A stretch of DNA of 64,000 nucleotides from Phoronis australis (GCA_002633005.1 NMRA01000151.1:538400-602399), one strand, 5' to 3'. Numbered from the stretch's first letter, positions 43,147 to 57,045 are shown. The notes: generated from the letters alone by a model not told the origin. Program-made: numbers and translations.

Positions 43147-44610
43147 CACTGGGTTGCTTTTTCGACCAGTTTTCATGCCTTCGTTGAACGCATCAGTCAA
43201 AAACATCTTTACGCTTTCAGTCATTATTTCAGACCTTTAAGCTGACTTCAGAGCTCACCCCATTGTGCTGCATGACTCTCCTGCTGTTTGGGTACTTGCC
43301 TGCTTTTTACAACTGCAAATGTAAAACTCCATAACATAGTATATGTTATCTAGTCCATTGGCAGGCTACAAGAACAACAATTTTCAAACACTCGTGAACA
43401 CCACTTACACACCTAATTGTAAGCTGATCCCTGTTCACAAAAATCAAGCACAGCTTTTGCAACCAAATAATCAGTTCAAAAACTCACGTGATTAAGAATC
43501 ATGTGCATGGCTCAGGGAAGAGTGTGTGAGGAGTGTTTAATGGTAATAAAGCAGGATGCAACACCAGCTTTTTGGATGGGTAGCCATGTTTTGTGAATTC
43601 ACAAAATGAGCTTACAAAATTCAAATGCTGTGGTCATAAATGAGAGAGTTGTGCTGTTTGAGTGGTCTGATTGATACATTAATCTACGTTAAAAGAATCC
43701 AGCCTAAATTTGTGCGAATGTCCAAGCCATGGCTGCATAGGCTGCTGAGTAGCATGTTCCACAACAGCTTCACTTTTTGTTGGGTTGTAATATAGAACAT
43801 AACACAGCGCATTTCCATGTTGACTATTAAGTCAACTTGGAACAGGCAGTGACTAAAATGTACAACAAAGGTTATAAGTCAAACTTATGGATTTGTGATG
43901 CCAAATTGAGTTCAACGAGCTTGCTGTTAGATCATGAACTTCACCTTCTATACCAGTGACTTAGGCAGCCTACTTTCTCCCCACAACAACCATGATCTTC
44001 TAGTGCAGTTGGCTGCTTATAATGCCAGCCCATGCTTACTTGCTGCTTAAGTTCGTTTCGAGAGGCAAAAGTGTTGTTACAGCCATCTTTTGGACACGGG
44101 AATATCTTTGTCTTTCGATTGCTGAAACGAGTGAAAGGTCTCAATGAGGATGCAACATAACATTCCTCAACCACTAGTTCCACTGATTTTCAATCAGAAG
44201 CAGGATTCTCCAAAACCACCCCATCTCCGATCTCATATGCTTTCCAAGCAACCACTTTTCTTGTTGAAATAGGTAACTTAATTGTAAGCATTAGAACACA
44301 AGTCCTTTTTAAAAATCAAGCTATGAAAGAATATTCCATTCCATCAAATATTTAACTTTTGTTTCAGACCACATACACAGCTGAAACTAGTTCTCAGATG
44401 GGATGACTAATCACAGTGAGATTTCTGAGAAAAAATAGTCTATGTAATTGTATACAGCCCATACTATGAATTGCTACGTAGCTCACCTTGAAAGGAGAAG
44501 TTATTAAGTTGACGTAGTCCTGGGATTGAGTGGTGAACATCCTTTGCATTCCTCAGGCTGCAAACGTACACCTTGGCTTACAACCTGGATACTGCCATAT
44601 ACGCCCACGG
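43147..44610 (-). pseudogene. Sola3-like transposase C-terminal remnant with introns
   Basis: Three pieces in order: AKVYVCSLRNAKDVHHSIPGLRQLNNFSFQ|gtgag (~44490-44580); KVVAWKAYEIGDG...FPCPKDGCNNTF (~43990-44260); MG*ALKSA*RSEIMTESVKMFLTDAFNEGMKTGRKSNP (~43147-43265). These match motifs I recall from Sola3-type transposases. Termini not resolved. Confidence 0.65.
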
Positions 44611-46256
44611 GGCTTTGGACAGAAGACATTCAGTTTAAAATTTATTCTGAGGCCTCTATACTGGAAACTCAGACGTGTATATATGAATCTGAAACAGTGA
44701 CATTGAATCGACAGAAGGAATCGCAAAAGGGCCAATTTCCAAAATAAAGTTTTTAAGAAATCGTGATTGCTTCCCACACCAAAAATGATGCAAAGAATTT
44801 CAACCGGCAGCTGGAGTTAGCTTGCATTTATTCTACACTTGTAAGCGAGTTGAAAATTTTCACATGCAAATTAGTTAGATTACAACTGTTCTTTGCTCAG
44901 CTGCACATACTCCAAAGCACTGATACATTAGAATAAAAACATCACAATGAAGTAGGGTTTACACAAACTTAATATAAATAACTCAAATGAAACACAATCA
45001 CAATTTCGTGCATTTCAATGTGCATTTTCATGTTTTAATATGAAACAGCAGTGACACCATCATGTGCGAAGTGCACTCATCCTTCAAAAATATCTCTAAT
45101 ATTTTTCTGGTAAGCTGCTTGGCTGTATTCATAAGTTTAGGTGTAAAAGTCTAGGTCCAAGCAGTTTTTTTAGTAAAAAAAGCTCGCTACAGGGGGTTAT
45201 TTTGAAAACGCAGATGTAAACACTTTGATGTACGTATATTTGTAAAAAAAATCAATATGTGGGGGGTTGCTGGTGCACGGTGGTAGGGGTAATGCGTCGT
45301 CGGAATCACGGATACTCCGAAATATTGGGAATCCCATTTTAGACACTCTATTTTCGAAATCCTGGGTGAATCCCTGAATAGAAATTGAACATGCTTTAAA
45401 CAAGGCATGTTTAAATACTGTAAATGAAACAGTGATATCTTTGGTTAGGATTGTGAGTTGTGAACTGAATAAAATGTGAAATGTCACTCCATGAGATATT
45501 AAGGAAATGAATGAAACAATACCTCAAGGTTTTTTCAGGTGATGACCAGTCTGGGACTCTTGAAGACATTTGTAGAGGGGAGTTGTCTAAACCACTCATT
45601 CTAAAAGCTAAAAGTACAGATCACGATGTAGGGTTTAAACACAATTTGATTCATTTTACCAGGAGCAATGACAAGATTTAAGAATGTACTTTTAGTCAAT
45701 TTATCACACATTTATGCTTAAAACAGCTTTGTTTTAATTACCAGAAGGCAAAAATTTGTAGCTGAGACAGCATCATTCTAAACTGACAGCGACTTAAGAG
45801 ACTTATAACTGATATAAAATTCAGGCTTACGTTAGAGCCCATTGCCTAATCTCTGTATTCAATACACAACTCGAAAATTGAGTAATTCCATGACATGAAC
45901 AAATATAAAGATTTGCACTCCAATCACGTGATTTGACTGGCTAATTTTTTGAGGTTGTAAGTTCAAGTAATGTGCCTGGACCATGCAGACTGCAAGTAAC
46001 CATTTTCTCCTAACCTGCACAGTCACAGATGGAAATACAGAGAAATGTGGCCATCAATATCTAAATAAGTTTAGCACACCTATTCTTTCTTTTAAAACTC
46101 AATGGAATAGAAAAATCAACTTACGGATACAGGGGCAAGTGTAGGAGGTCAGTATTCTCCTAACTGAAAAAAAATCTTACAAATGCCCCCCCCCCCCTCC
46201 CGCGACAATTCTTTACACCAACTGCTACATTGTTTTGCTAGTTGAAATCGATCTAA

Positions 46257-46741
46257 AAGCCCTTTTGTACTTAATTCCGGTCTGAGCAGAGTGTCGACAT
46301 GAATTGCGAAGTTAACTGAACCGTTTATACCGGCTTTGGATATCTAAGTTAACTGTAGCTGACGATGTTGTCATCGAAGTAACCGCAACGTAGTGCAGAT
46401 GCAGCACTTGTACACCAGGAGTTTTTAATGTGATAATTTGGGAACATTTGCATGTGCTAATTGAAACAAAAACCTATTTCTAATTCGATTGGTGACGATT
46501 CGAGCAAAATATGAGAAACTATTAGCCACAACACTACCTTGTACTTGTTGATGATAACAGTGGCCCATAACAATAACTTCTTCGATGAAACCGAAGTTGA
46601 CCATTCATACTGCACTGCAGCGTCGACGCTCCGCTGAAGTCAACTGGCACAGTTAACTTCGATCCAGGACCGAAGTTAACCCTCCATACTGACTGCAACT
46701 CCCCAAAACATCGACATGTCGACGTTAGAATGAAAAGGCCT
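46257..46741. mobile_element. MITE-like element with internal GAAGTTAAC/GTCGAC repeats
   Basis: Ends aagcccttttgtact...gtcgacatg / catgtcgac...gaatgaaaaggcct; gaagtta(a/g)c recurs inside. Confidence 0.45.
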
Positions 46742-48243
46742 TAACAGTTTTAACTACATGTTAAACCACTAACATGGTGTAACTAATCCGGGTCAGCGTG
46801 AATCAGTACTTAGTATTAGTAAGCCCAACAAATCGCAGAACAAAAACTGAACAGCTGATCGAATTAAGGCTCCGGGTCCGATGTATGCTGACTCAGATCA
46901 GTTACCCCAGTGAATGCTCTAACCGTGCACTGAACATTTCACAAACAGCACACTTACTGGCTTGTACTTGTCCATTGAAAGCCTGTATTGTTGTAATGTA
47001 AAACCTGAGTTCTAACATTCAGTCTTGTCCTCATTGTTTCTCACCTAACGAACGAGTCGCTTACAGGTACACGGTTTAATTGTTGGTAATGCCGCTTCTT
47101 TTACTGGCTACTGAACACGTTTTTTTCTGAATCTCATAGCGCAGCAGGACGACTGCGCTGCGTTTCTCCTTCGGACGTTCATTGCATAGACCTACAAGTC
47201 TCCGACATTTGTATAAATTCTGTTGACCTCTAGATCTGTGGCTGCGTATGCGTTGTTGTAATGTTTACTGTAATGTTCTGCGTTGGATAGACAAAATCAA
47301 AGTACTAGTTTGACGAGATGATTTTATTTACTAATTCCACTTGGAACCTCAGTGAAAACTTTGAATTCTTGTGAGATCCGTGTGAGAACTGTAAATCTAT
47401 GAAAACACACAAAAAACTCTAAATACATGACAGTATTATATAAAACCGAATCTAAATTAAAGTGTTAACAATAGTCACTCTAAGAAACTAGTCCAAATTA
47501 CTCTAATCTAACTGAATCGGCATATGAACTTTAAATCACATTTACCAAACCAACATTTATCTTAAAACGTATTATATCTTAGAACATTTCATAGTTCATA
47601 AACTCTAATGAGACTTACAGAAATTGCTCCCTTTGATCTTATCCACGCATGAACATCCAATTCTTGTTTTGTGTATCAGTATGATCCTTGTCAGTGACTG
47701 AATACACGCCTTGAAACTCAGACTCGGTGATCTGCCTAAAATACTTGATTCTCCAAAGTTACTGAGCTTCCTCGTCTCCTAACTTTTTCTTTGAGAATGA
47801 CGCTTATGTTTGCTCCAGAAATATTTATACTCTAAGATATGACTAAACGTCAGATGGACACTGGTCAAGGCATAAGTACATCGGTGTGGGTGTTTCTTAG
47901 AATCAGCCCACCTAAAGTTGACCACTCCAAAACATGTTTTGATGACCATATCCTGTTTGTCAGAACTGCACTGAGAACTTAACAGCACTAAAGCTTTTCT
48001 GAAGAAATACTCAAGTTTACCACAACAAGTTGTTTACAATAACAAGTCCTGTTCTAAAATATTTGTAACTTTCACAATAGTTAACTGATATTAATTAACA
48101 CATTTGTTCATAAATTTAATTATCGATAAACCGTTACACAATTCAAACATTTTTCATCAAAAATGTTACATTTACATCTATTAGAACATCCCAGATATCA
48201 TATTCCTTGTAAACATTTCATTCGTTTGTAGTATTTACCGTCA

Positions 48244-48829
48244 GAGGCCCTAAAGTCGCGAGTGAACGATCTTATTTCCTCTTCTGCGCGGTCCTGCGAC
48301 ATCTGGCGTTGAAGTTTCCAGCGTTCGTCTGCTTACGAACGTCAAACGAATACCCGGACGTGTTCGTATTCACAATATGATAACAAACAGTGAGTGAGTG
48401 GCTTCTTTTTTCTAATGTATCTTCAGAACAGCATATTTCACTAATCCACTTTTTTGAGCATTTTTGGGATATTTTTTCTTAAATATTCATTGTTCAGATT
48501 TACTCAAACACGAGCTCCAGGGGTAGCTTGAACAATGTCTCAAAATGTCCCAGGATCGATAAAGTTTTGTAAGGCCAAAGCAATAAAATACAGAGAGATA
48601 ATTGATGCTGGGTCCTTAGCGTTTTACGTGAACAATCTCATTGAAAACGTCTGTGCACATCAAAGTTGAGTGCACAACATATAACAATTTATTTCAATTG
48701 CAACTAAATTAATAAACAATGTAATGCATTTTTATGTCATCTAGAGTAACTGTACGCACTGCAGTTGACTTGTGAGGTCTTACTTCGTGTATTTCCGTCA
48801 AACCGAAACGGTCACGACTTTAGGGCCTC
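48244..48829. mobile_element. MITE-like element with 18-bp TIR
   Basis: GAGGCCCTAAAGTCGCGA ... TCACGACTTTAGGGCCTC (17/18 complementary). No TSD resolved. Confidence 0.65.
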
Positions 48830-48966
48830 ATTCAAAATGGCCGCCGATATCAGCGACCGTTTCAAAACTCTGCTTACGGAGACAAACAAGGATTAAGATT
48901 GTCAAAACACGTATATTTGTGAAGGCTGATATATGTCCATGACATCACATGAGCAGTTGCTAACGG

Positions 48967-49549
48967 NNNNNNNNNNNNNNNNNNNNNNNNNNNNNNNNNN
49001 NNNNNNNNNNNNNNNNNNNNNNNNNNNNNNNNNNNNNNNNNNNNNNNNNNNNNNNNNNNNNNNNNNNNNNNNNNNNNNNNNNNNNNNNNNNNNNNNNNNN
49101 NNNNNNNNNNNNNNNNNNNNNNNNNNNNNNNNNNNNNNNNNNNNNNNNNNNNNNNNNNNNNNNNNNNNNNNNNNNNNNNNNNNNNNNNNNNNNNNNNNNN
49201 NNNNNNNNNNNNNNNNNNNNNNNNNNNNNNNNNNNNNNNNNNNNNNNNNNNNNNNNNNNNNNNNNNNNNNNNNNNNNNNNNNNNNNNNNNNNNNNNNNNN
49301 NNNNNNNNNNNNNNNNNNNNNNNNNNNNNNNNNNNNNNNNNNNNNNNNNNNNNNNNNNNNNNNNNNNNNNNNNNNNNNNNNNNNNNNNNNNNNNNNNNNN
49401 NNNNNNNNNNNNNNNNNNNNNNNNNNNNNNNNNNNNNNNNNNNNNNNNNNNNNNNNNNNNNNNNNNNNNNNNNNNNNNNNNNNNNNNNNNNNNNNNNNNN
49501 NNNNNNNNNNNNNNNNNNNNNNNNNNNNNNNNNNNNNNNNNNNNNNNNN
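48967..49549. other. Assembly gap (583 N)
   Basis: Run of n; the ORFs spanning it are artefacts. Confidence 0.99.
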
Positions 49550-49952
49550 GGGCCCGGTCTCTAATCTTTGTACTCGAAACGAACTCGAAACTATTTTTGG
49601 CAATTTCTTTGCTCCTTTTGTGCTAACTTAAGATAATTGGTTATCAGACTGTGCTCGAATACATTATAGTTTATGCATAGGAGTTTCTAGTTCAAGTTTG
49701 CCCTTGAAGTCCCTTATATTCGTGCTACAAACTTGAGTAAAAACTCGAAATTTCGAGTTCAAACTCGAACTTATTGCTTTAATATTGGGTTTACAAACTG
49801 TGAACTAAGGGCAATAAAGTATCTACGTAAGTTATTGTGTACTCGGGCATAGAATAATAGACACTTATCTTGAGTTCGCCCAAAAGTTGAGTAGAAAATG
49901 CTAAACCTAATTTCGAGTTCCATTTCGAGTAAAAAGATTGGAGACCGGGCCC
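49550..49952. mobile_element. PIF/Harbinger-like MITE with ~40-bp TIR
   Basis: GGGCCCGGTCTCTAATCTTTGTACTCGAAACGAACTCGAAA ... TTTCGAGTTCCATTTCGAGTAAAAAGATTGGAGACCGGGCCC, with internal ACTCGAA/TTCGAGT repeats. The left flank lies in the gap. Confidence 0.8.
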
Positions 49953-50946
49953 TGAACTCTCCACTCAGTGTAGTAAAAGACACTCTAACTATATGACACA
50001 GACCAATTTGTTAGTATTCCAATATTATCATCAACCAATATTTGTGTTATATCAAATCGCCGCGTTATTGTCTACATAACAGTATTGGCGACGAGGGACG
50101 GCGGTTTCAAATTTAAGAAGACTAAATAGGACTCCCTGACTTCATGAGGACTGGCAGGTTCAGGGTGGCCTAGTAACTTCATTAGTTTCGACCCGGCCGT
50201 GTGCGTCGCCCTGCGATTCGATCTTGACATGGATTTGATGAATTGTGTCATGGCTGATAATCCATCACTATTTCTAATTCCTATCATTTTAAAGTGCAAG
50301 TGCGTAAGACATGCGGGCAATTTCGCATGCTCATGAAATCTTACTACCGTTTCTAGTTGTGCTGGCCAGCTGGAGATGGTGGTCACTGTCTACCTAAAAC
50401 CCAAACAGAGTGTTTTAGTGCCCGGGCGTTGTTTTCGGTATAGGTGCATCTAATAGCCGAAATATCGTTTATTTTAGCATGTAAGAGTTTAAAATCACAT
50501 CTGAGTTTGAAAGTTTAGATAATTTTGGAGCGGTGAATCTTCGGAGTGGTGAATCGTTGAAGTAGTGAACCTTCGGAATAGTCAGTCAACCTTTCGAGTA
50601 GTTCGAAAAAGTGGGATGTCCCCATTTCCAACGATGTAAGCAACTTTTAAGTAACACGCTAAAATACAACCAGATATACAATTTTGTTAAGTCATTCGCC
50701 AACTAGACTTCATATTTCCGTCTGAGTATGCAATGAGGTGTAATCACTCATTTAAGCATGGCTAATTTGAAACTTCGGCAGAAAATAATGCGAGAATGTT
50801 CTCTTTTTGGACCGCATTACATCCTAATTTGTGTCCCGTTCTTTGCAAGTAACCGTCACAGCATCCTCGTATCTGGTATTACAAATTCAGTCTCATCTCA
50901 TGAACATGAGTCGTCGTCATGTATACAGATTTCCCTTCCCCCTAAT

Positions 50947-51060
50947 AGCTGCGTCAAAGGCATCACCGAAAACTCTACTGTGTCGACGTTAGCAAAATAC
51001 CAAGATCCACCGTTCTTGAAATTCGAACCACCCCCGCTCAATATGCTGGCTACGGGCCTG
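50947..51060. repeat. Dispersed repeat, inverted copy of 63441-63555
   Basis: agctgcgtcaaaggc...ccgaaaactctac.gtgtcgacgtt.gcaaaata...aaattcgaacca...atgctggctacg matches the reverse complement of 63441-63555. Confidence 0.75.
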
Positions 51061-51218
51061 AATAGGATATATGCATTTGAGTAGAGAGATAGCGGTGTCT
51101 AAAAAAAGTCGCACCTGCATTGGCCAAACCTTTGCACGGCGCTACTGCCCTTCCGCTAAAAATGTCTGTAAAGTCACCTTTTGTTGCATGCAAGAATGTT
51201 GCTCGACATTATGCAAAT

Positions 51219-54200
51219 GGTTTCAAGAGGTTACCTGGAAGGTTGATCTAGAACAACTCAGGTACTTGGGAATGTCTGGCGGGGATAACCCACCACTAGA
51301 TTTGGCTGGCAGTATTTATTCTTAAGTACTGGTCCACGAGAGCACCAGCCATGAGCGGCAAGGTGGGGGTCAGCCGATTTTCACCAAATTTGGCACATAG
51401 GTAGTCCTATGGGATCTATAAGCAGCGGTAAAATATTTCCTCAAAATATTGCGTTTTTCTAAAGTTATAGGCTCAAACACATTTTACGGCTTCGCAGCCA
51501 TGTTTTCACGGTTTAAAACTGTCCAGTTTTAACTGTTCATATTTTCCTTGAATGAAAGCTATTGATTTATTATTCACTTGGCATTGTTTAGTGGTGCCTG
51601 TAGATTGTTACACAGATGTCTTGAAACACGATTCCGATTTACCACCCTCATTTAGTAGTTTTACTACACTGCCCCCCGTTATGCCATTTTGAGGTTGTGT
51701 TCAGTACACTGCTGTACCAAATCTGCCCCCACTGCTATGAGAATGAAACTTAGCCAAAATGTTGACAAAACATGTTACTTTCATTTCATAAAATAAAAAC
51801 TTTGTCAGCCAGTTTATTAGTTATATATTTTGGCACCTCAAATGTACTAAAATGAGAAATTTTCATATATCTGAGACCGATGCGTAAGCACCGTAAAATC
51901 CGATTGTCCTTCATGTTTTTCGATATTTTGCAACAAGTTAGTTCCTCCTGAATGTTTTGAACGTTTTACTACTGATCACTTAGGGCTATAGTACCCCTAA
52001 ATACCATACATGGCTCCATTTTGTAAAAAGCCGATTATGTCCTCCACAGTGAACAGGGTTAGACATGAACTCGACAAATGTAGGTTATTTTGATTTACAG
52101 TTGTTTTACTTTGCAATTTCCTCATGGGTATTTCTTCACACATATTCAAGTCAGATTTTCTGTTGATCAAATGTTCATGCAATGCATTGTAATATCAAAT
52201 GAAGGATAAGTTTGGTTGCATGACCGCAATTTTTCCCACGACTTAAAACAAAAGACCGCAGAAATTTTCCTGACGAAATACCGGGTTTGCAGTTCTGTAA
52301 AAACATTCGAATGACAAGACAAACTCCACCACTGTCCATGGCAACTCGTCGCATGTTTTTCGCCCATCGGTCCTATCATTGTTTTCCTTTGTTGTGTCAT
52401 TGTTGGATGTAACAACACAGGTCGCATGGATATAGAACCTTGCGTACATCAGACCGTTGCCGATAAGTGCTCGTCATTATATCTTTATTATAACAACGGA
52501 AACAATGAAGATGCTAATCTATTGTTCTCTATGCGACCAGGTTTCCCGTGGATGACCACAGAAGAGGAATCCCAAAGTATCCACAAACAATGACCACGCA
52601 CCTTAGTAACTATTACCGCGCACACGAATCCTTTCCGTGGAACCTAAACACCAAATTTTTATATCCGTGTATTGTGTTGTATTGCTCATGGTACGGGTTC
52701 AGACTCTGTTGTATTAAGATTCCAATCCCCAACCCTGTAATATGTAGTTTGAGTAAAATTTCTAGACAATGCAGGTTTATGGATTTATTCTCCTTCAAAT
52801 GAAGAGTAAAAATCAAATTCTGCACAGGTTTTTTAAAAGTAATCACTTATTGGAAGATCACACATCTAAAAAATAAAACAATGTTTGACAATTTTATTCA
52901 TTATCTTATTTGAAAATTGCCTACCTCACAGACAACTCATCTAAGTTGAAAATATTCCTTGTGAAAAAATATAAAATACCAACCAGAGACTTGTGTACTA
53001 CAAAATATGTTTTCGTAATACAATGCAAAGATAACTGTACAGTCAAAAGTGCAAATGTTATGACTCTAATAAAAAATTGCCTTCTAGATCTTTTCAACAC
53101 TCTAATTGCTACAGGACAGAGTCAACCACACAAAGCTCATAAAGTCAGGGAATTACATTTAAGGTGATGTAGTCTCACTGCGAAAAAGTGATTTCGCAAT
53201 ATCGCTGACAACACTGGAAATCTCTTCTTCACAAACTTGAGGTAGCTGTATTTACCACATCAATGTTCTTATCAAAACTAACCACCACAAAATGAAAAAT
53301 TGGCTTGTCGGTTCCAATTAGGCAGCATTTTACAATGAAATGGTCATGAAAAAATACTTTTGCAACATGGTTTGCATTACAATTGCCCTACGATTACAGT
53401 TGTACATACATACTAGACCAGTAACAAAATTACCCATGGGAACCATAAAATGGTCAATTCGCCAAAAAAACAAGGAGCCACCAGAGCTAATGTGCCAATA
53501 CTTTTCAGTACTGCAACAAAAAATCATTTGAAGTGGACATAAACTCGCCTAAAATCACATAAAACAACTTTTGATTTAGACATTTTACCATCACGAAATA
53601 GGTATTACTTCCAGGTCACTTTTGAGCAATTTCAGAACTTTGAAAGATCTGGCAATATGCAATTGCTAGAGACCAGACTAATAGTGTGTGATTTTATACA
53701 CACAGCATGGTCTCAAGGAATAGCAAACTGTCAATTCGCTACAATTCCAGAAATCACTTCCCATCTGGATAAGGAACAAACTGAGCAAAGTTTATAGAGG
53801 TAAATGGTCTAAATCAAAACTTATTACCTCCTGGACAGAATATGGGTTTACAACCCAGGCAGAAAGATAAGTTAACAAAACCAGCCTAACTGCAACAGGG
53901 TCTCAAATTTCAGTAATATATACCCATTTACAAACAAAAATCTATAATGGTAAATAAAATGCGGAAACATAAATTCAGATCAATTACGCATCTTCAAGGA
54001 AAAGGAATAGTACAGTGGTCAGAAATCATCTAAATGTGATGGCGACACTGAGAAATCCTGTCAGACCAAAAAATCCAGTGGCTAAACAAAATGAACAATG
54101 TACCATTACCATGTGGCCCAGGATCATAATCCGTGCCTGGACAAAAATTCAGTCTTAGACTAGGTAAATTTTAGATTTGTGCTGTTCACACAAGCAGTTC

Positions 54201-57045
54201 TGGTGCAAACAAAGCTTGCGACAACACACAAGCCTACTTCCCTACACAGCTGTGCTGATACAATAATGCCCCCACTGGATTTAGCAGATCAGCCAGAGTA
54301 TTTACAGGTCCAGCCACTGTACTGTTTCCTCCCTTTGAATTTTTACAATGCTACATCCTTGACAATCGCAGATTGCCTCTTTCAATGCATACTCCACTTC
54401 CTCTGTCCCAGTTTCCCCACATTTGCTGAGAGTGGCCTATCTCAACAAATTACTTTGGACCTGTTGTGGTATAAGCCAGTAATCTTTGGCAAATACTTTT
54501 TCCCCAACTCGTTCCTCAAGCTACAAATTCTCTTTGACATATCTTCTGGGAGTAGACTTTTCGGCCTCTCTCTAGCCCCCTCACTTAGTTGTCCAGAAGG
54601 GTACCTTCTTGCTGGTTGTGAACTTTTCCATACCCAACCTTTACTAATAATCGGCAAGTCTCCAACTTCAGCAGAAGCCACTTCTTCAGCATAAGCCTTT
54701 CCTGATTCCTAAAATTGTATTAATGAAAAATTAAACATATTAAATTTAATGTGGCCATTTCGGCTCACAAAATATGAATACCAAGCTAAAGTGAAGGCAC
54801 CAATATTTTTTACGGCTTTAGCATGTTTAATTAACTTCATAATTGCAGAAAATCATTGGTAGACAAAACATACTCCCTAGTCTCTAAAAGTAGTTCATGG
54901 GCAGAAGTCATGTTTCACATTTGGTGGTTGTTATGAAAAGTTATGATGACTACCTATTTTCTATGCCAATGTATACATGTAGTTGCATAAACATCAACAC
55001 ATTTGAATAAGATATGATTAAGCAATAAGGCCCAAGTTATAAGCAATCACGGTGTGTCAATAAAAGTATTTTTGCATGAATGACGTGCTTCTAAAAATAT
55101 TCCTCAGGGTCAGACCCTGGAGTTTAGTGATTCCTACCTGAGCTCACACGAAGCAGGACGTTGAACCTTGACTTAACGTCTTTGGTCATTTTTCAGACCT
55201 CTATCAGATTTCTCCTCTAGTGTGCAGTGGATGTTCTAAGTGTCTTTGGCGACGACAATATATCTCGAGTGTTGTAACGATGATTCGGGCAAGTGATCCT
55301 AACATGGTAAATTATGTAGCTCCTGCTGCACACAGTGCCTCCGAGGCAGACACTGAGACAGACTACTCAGGAGGACACGTTCCACCTCCACATCAGCTCC
55401 ACGTACTCTTATAAGGTGCTCAAATGTCTCGCTCTATACCTTGTGCATTTCCCTAGAGTTTCCAAAGTTGTTTCTCTCCGCAATTTGTAGAAATACCACA
55501 TTTGATGCGACTGGCAGTGCCAGATAAATAGATAAATTCGCAAACCCGCACTTTACGTCAGCCATCATTCAACTCACGCATTGTAAGCTTTAGTTTGGTA
55601 TTCAGACGAATTGGATGAACAAATTTAGAATAATTTCATATTTTATTGGGAAATTCTAGTGTCCTTAAAATTAATTAAAAACATTTAAGCAAACCAATTG
55701 TATTAATTGTTGTATTATACCACGGCATATTAATGCGTAGAAACGGCGCACAACTAGTGACTGGTTTAACATGACAAATACACATACGCGGTCTGAAAAT
55801 AGTGAAATTCAGACACCTATTACCAAGCCTGCCTGAAGGGCTGACAAAGTTTTTATTGTATTAATTTCAAGGGCATGGAGTCTTCTACATGTCCATGTTA
55901 TTATTTTTAGTTTTCTCGCGGGGGCAGCTTCGCTATAAGGGTACAGCTTACTGCTGGTTTTTCACAAGACGGAAACGTACCTCCACGGAAACAGTTCCAG
56001 TGTTACCATGGTAACCGATATTGCAGTGTCGGTGCCGTTTTTACTGACATTGGTCATGAACCTATCATGTGATATCAAAATTGTTCAGAAACGATTCTGT
56101 TTGAAGCAGAAACTGGAGTAGAAAATTTGGTCAAAAATGACTCATTCCAAACCAAGAAATTGCCTCATTTTGCCCCCCAGAACACTTCCCTTGTATCTCC
56201 TAAACCACCAAACTTTGTGGTGTCATACTTCACCCATTTTCTCTCATCCCTAAAGTGATTTATCAGACTAAACATGGATCTGAATGGTTGACCCCCCACC
56301 TTGCCGCTTGTTGGCTGTACTGTGGTCGGTGGATCCGTGGACTGATACTTAATACCTGGGCTTACAGCGAATATTTTGCAGCTGGTTTTATGTGGTTACC
56401 TCTTGATTTGATCTAGCTCAATTCATGTATTTGGACGTGTCTGGCGGGGCTAACCCACCACTAGATTTGTCTGGCAGTGTTTATTCGTGATACCTGGGCT
56501 TACGGTGAATATTTTGGATTTGGTTTTAGGCGGTTGCCTCTTCGATTGATCTAGCTCAATTTTAACCTTTTTGATAATGGGGCTGCTGGCAGGGGCACCC
56601 CGCCACTGAAATTGTCTGGCATAGAACTGTTGTGGCATGTTAAGTGATACTGAACATCGTGCAACTGGTTTCAAACGGTTAAATGATGGGTTGATCTAGC
56701 TCATTTCTGGTATTTGGGCGTGTCTGGCAGGGGCAACCCACCACTAGATTAGTCTGGCAGTGTTCATTCGTGATTACTGGGCTTACGGTGAAGCGACTTT
56801 CAAGCGGTTACCTCTTGGAATTAGCTGAATTTGTGTACCCTTGGTATATGTTCGTCTGGCGGGTACCGAGACTCCCCACCACTGAAATTGTCTGGCATTG
56901 ACCAATTTTGTTACATTGGATGACGTAGCAGGTGGCGAAGGCAGTTGTAAGTGGTTACCAAAAAAGTTGATCAAGCTCAATTTTTTAGTAATTCTCTTGG
57001 CTCCTCTGACCACACCCACCAGCTGAGCGAACCTGCTGGCGGATT
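51219..57045. repeat. ~140-bp-unit tandem array (about 6 diverged copies) split by the 5-kb element
   Basis: Unit core ggttacc..ttgatctagctca...gtctggcggggc.aacccaccactagattt.tctggcagtgtttattc....tacctgggcttacgg. One part lies at 51219-51321 and continues in register at 56353-57045; ttgatctagctc-like anchors occur at ~56408, 56547, 56691 and 56967. Confidence 0.8.
51326..56348 (-). mobile_element. 5.0-kb TTAA-flanked Sola3-like DNA transposon, internally deleted
   Basis: TTAA at 51322-51325 and 56349-56352. Imperfect TIR GTAC..GTCCACG...CAGCCA..AGCGGCAAGGTGGGGGTCA.CC at both ends. Decayed minus-strand transposase N-terminal exon (~55138-55470: LETLGKCTR..RHLSTL...CPNHRY...EHPLH) and C-terminal exon (~54170-54709: KGWVWKSS...PEDMSKRICSLRNELGKK / DYWLIPQQVQS). 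Confidence 0.72.

Noticed and set aside
49556-49564. GGTCTCTAA, the vertebrate PRDM14 binding consensus, in a MITE TIR (possible autoregulation)
   Set aside because: A single 9-mer is plausible by chance in 64 kb, the opposite TIR has a mismatch, and nothing else supports it.
48902-49631. 232/233-aa ORFs
   Set aside because: They span the 583-N assembly gap.
54179-54694. 171-aa plus-strand ORF
   Set aside because: Antisense shadow of the decayed minus-strand Sola3-like exon; no recognisable motif.
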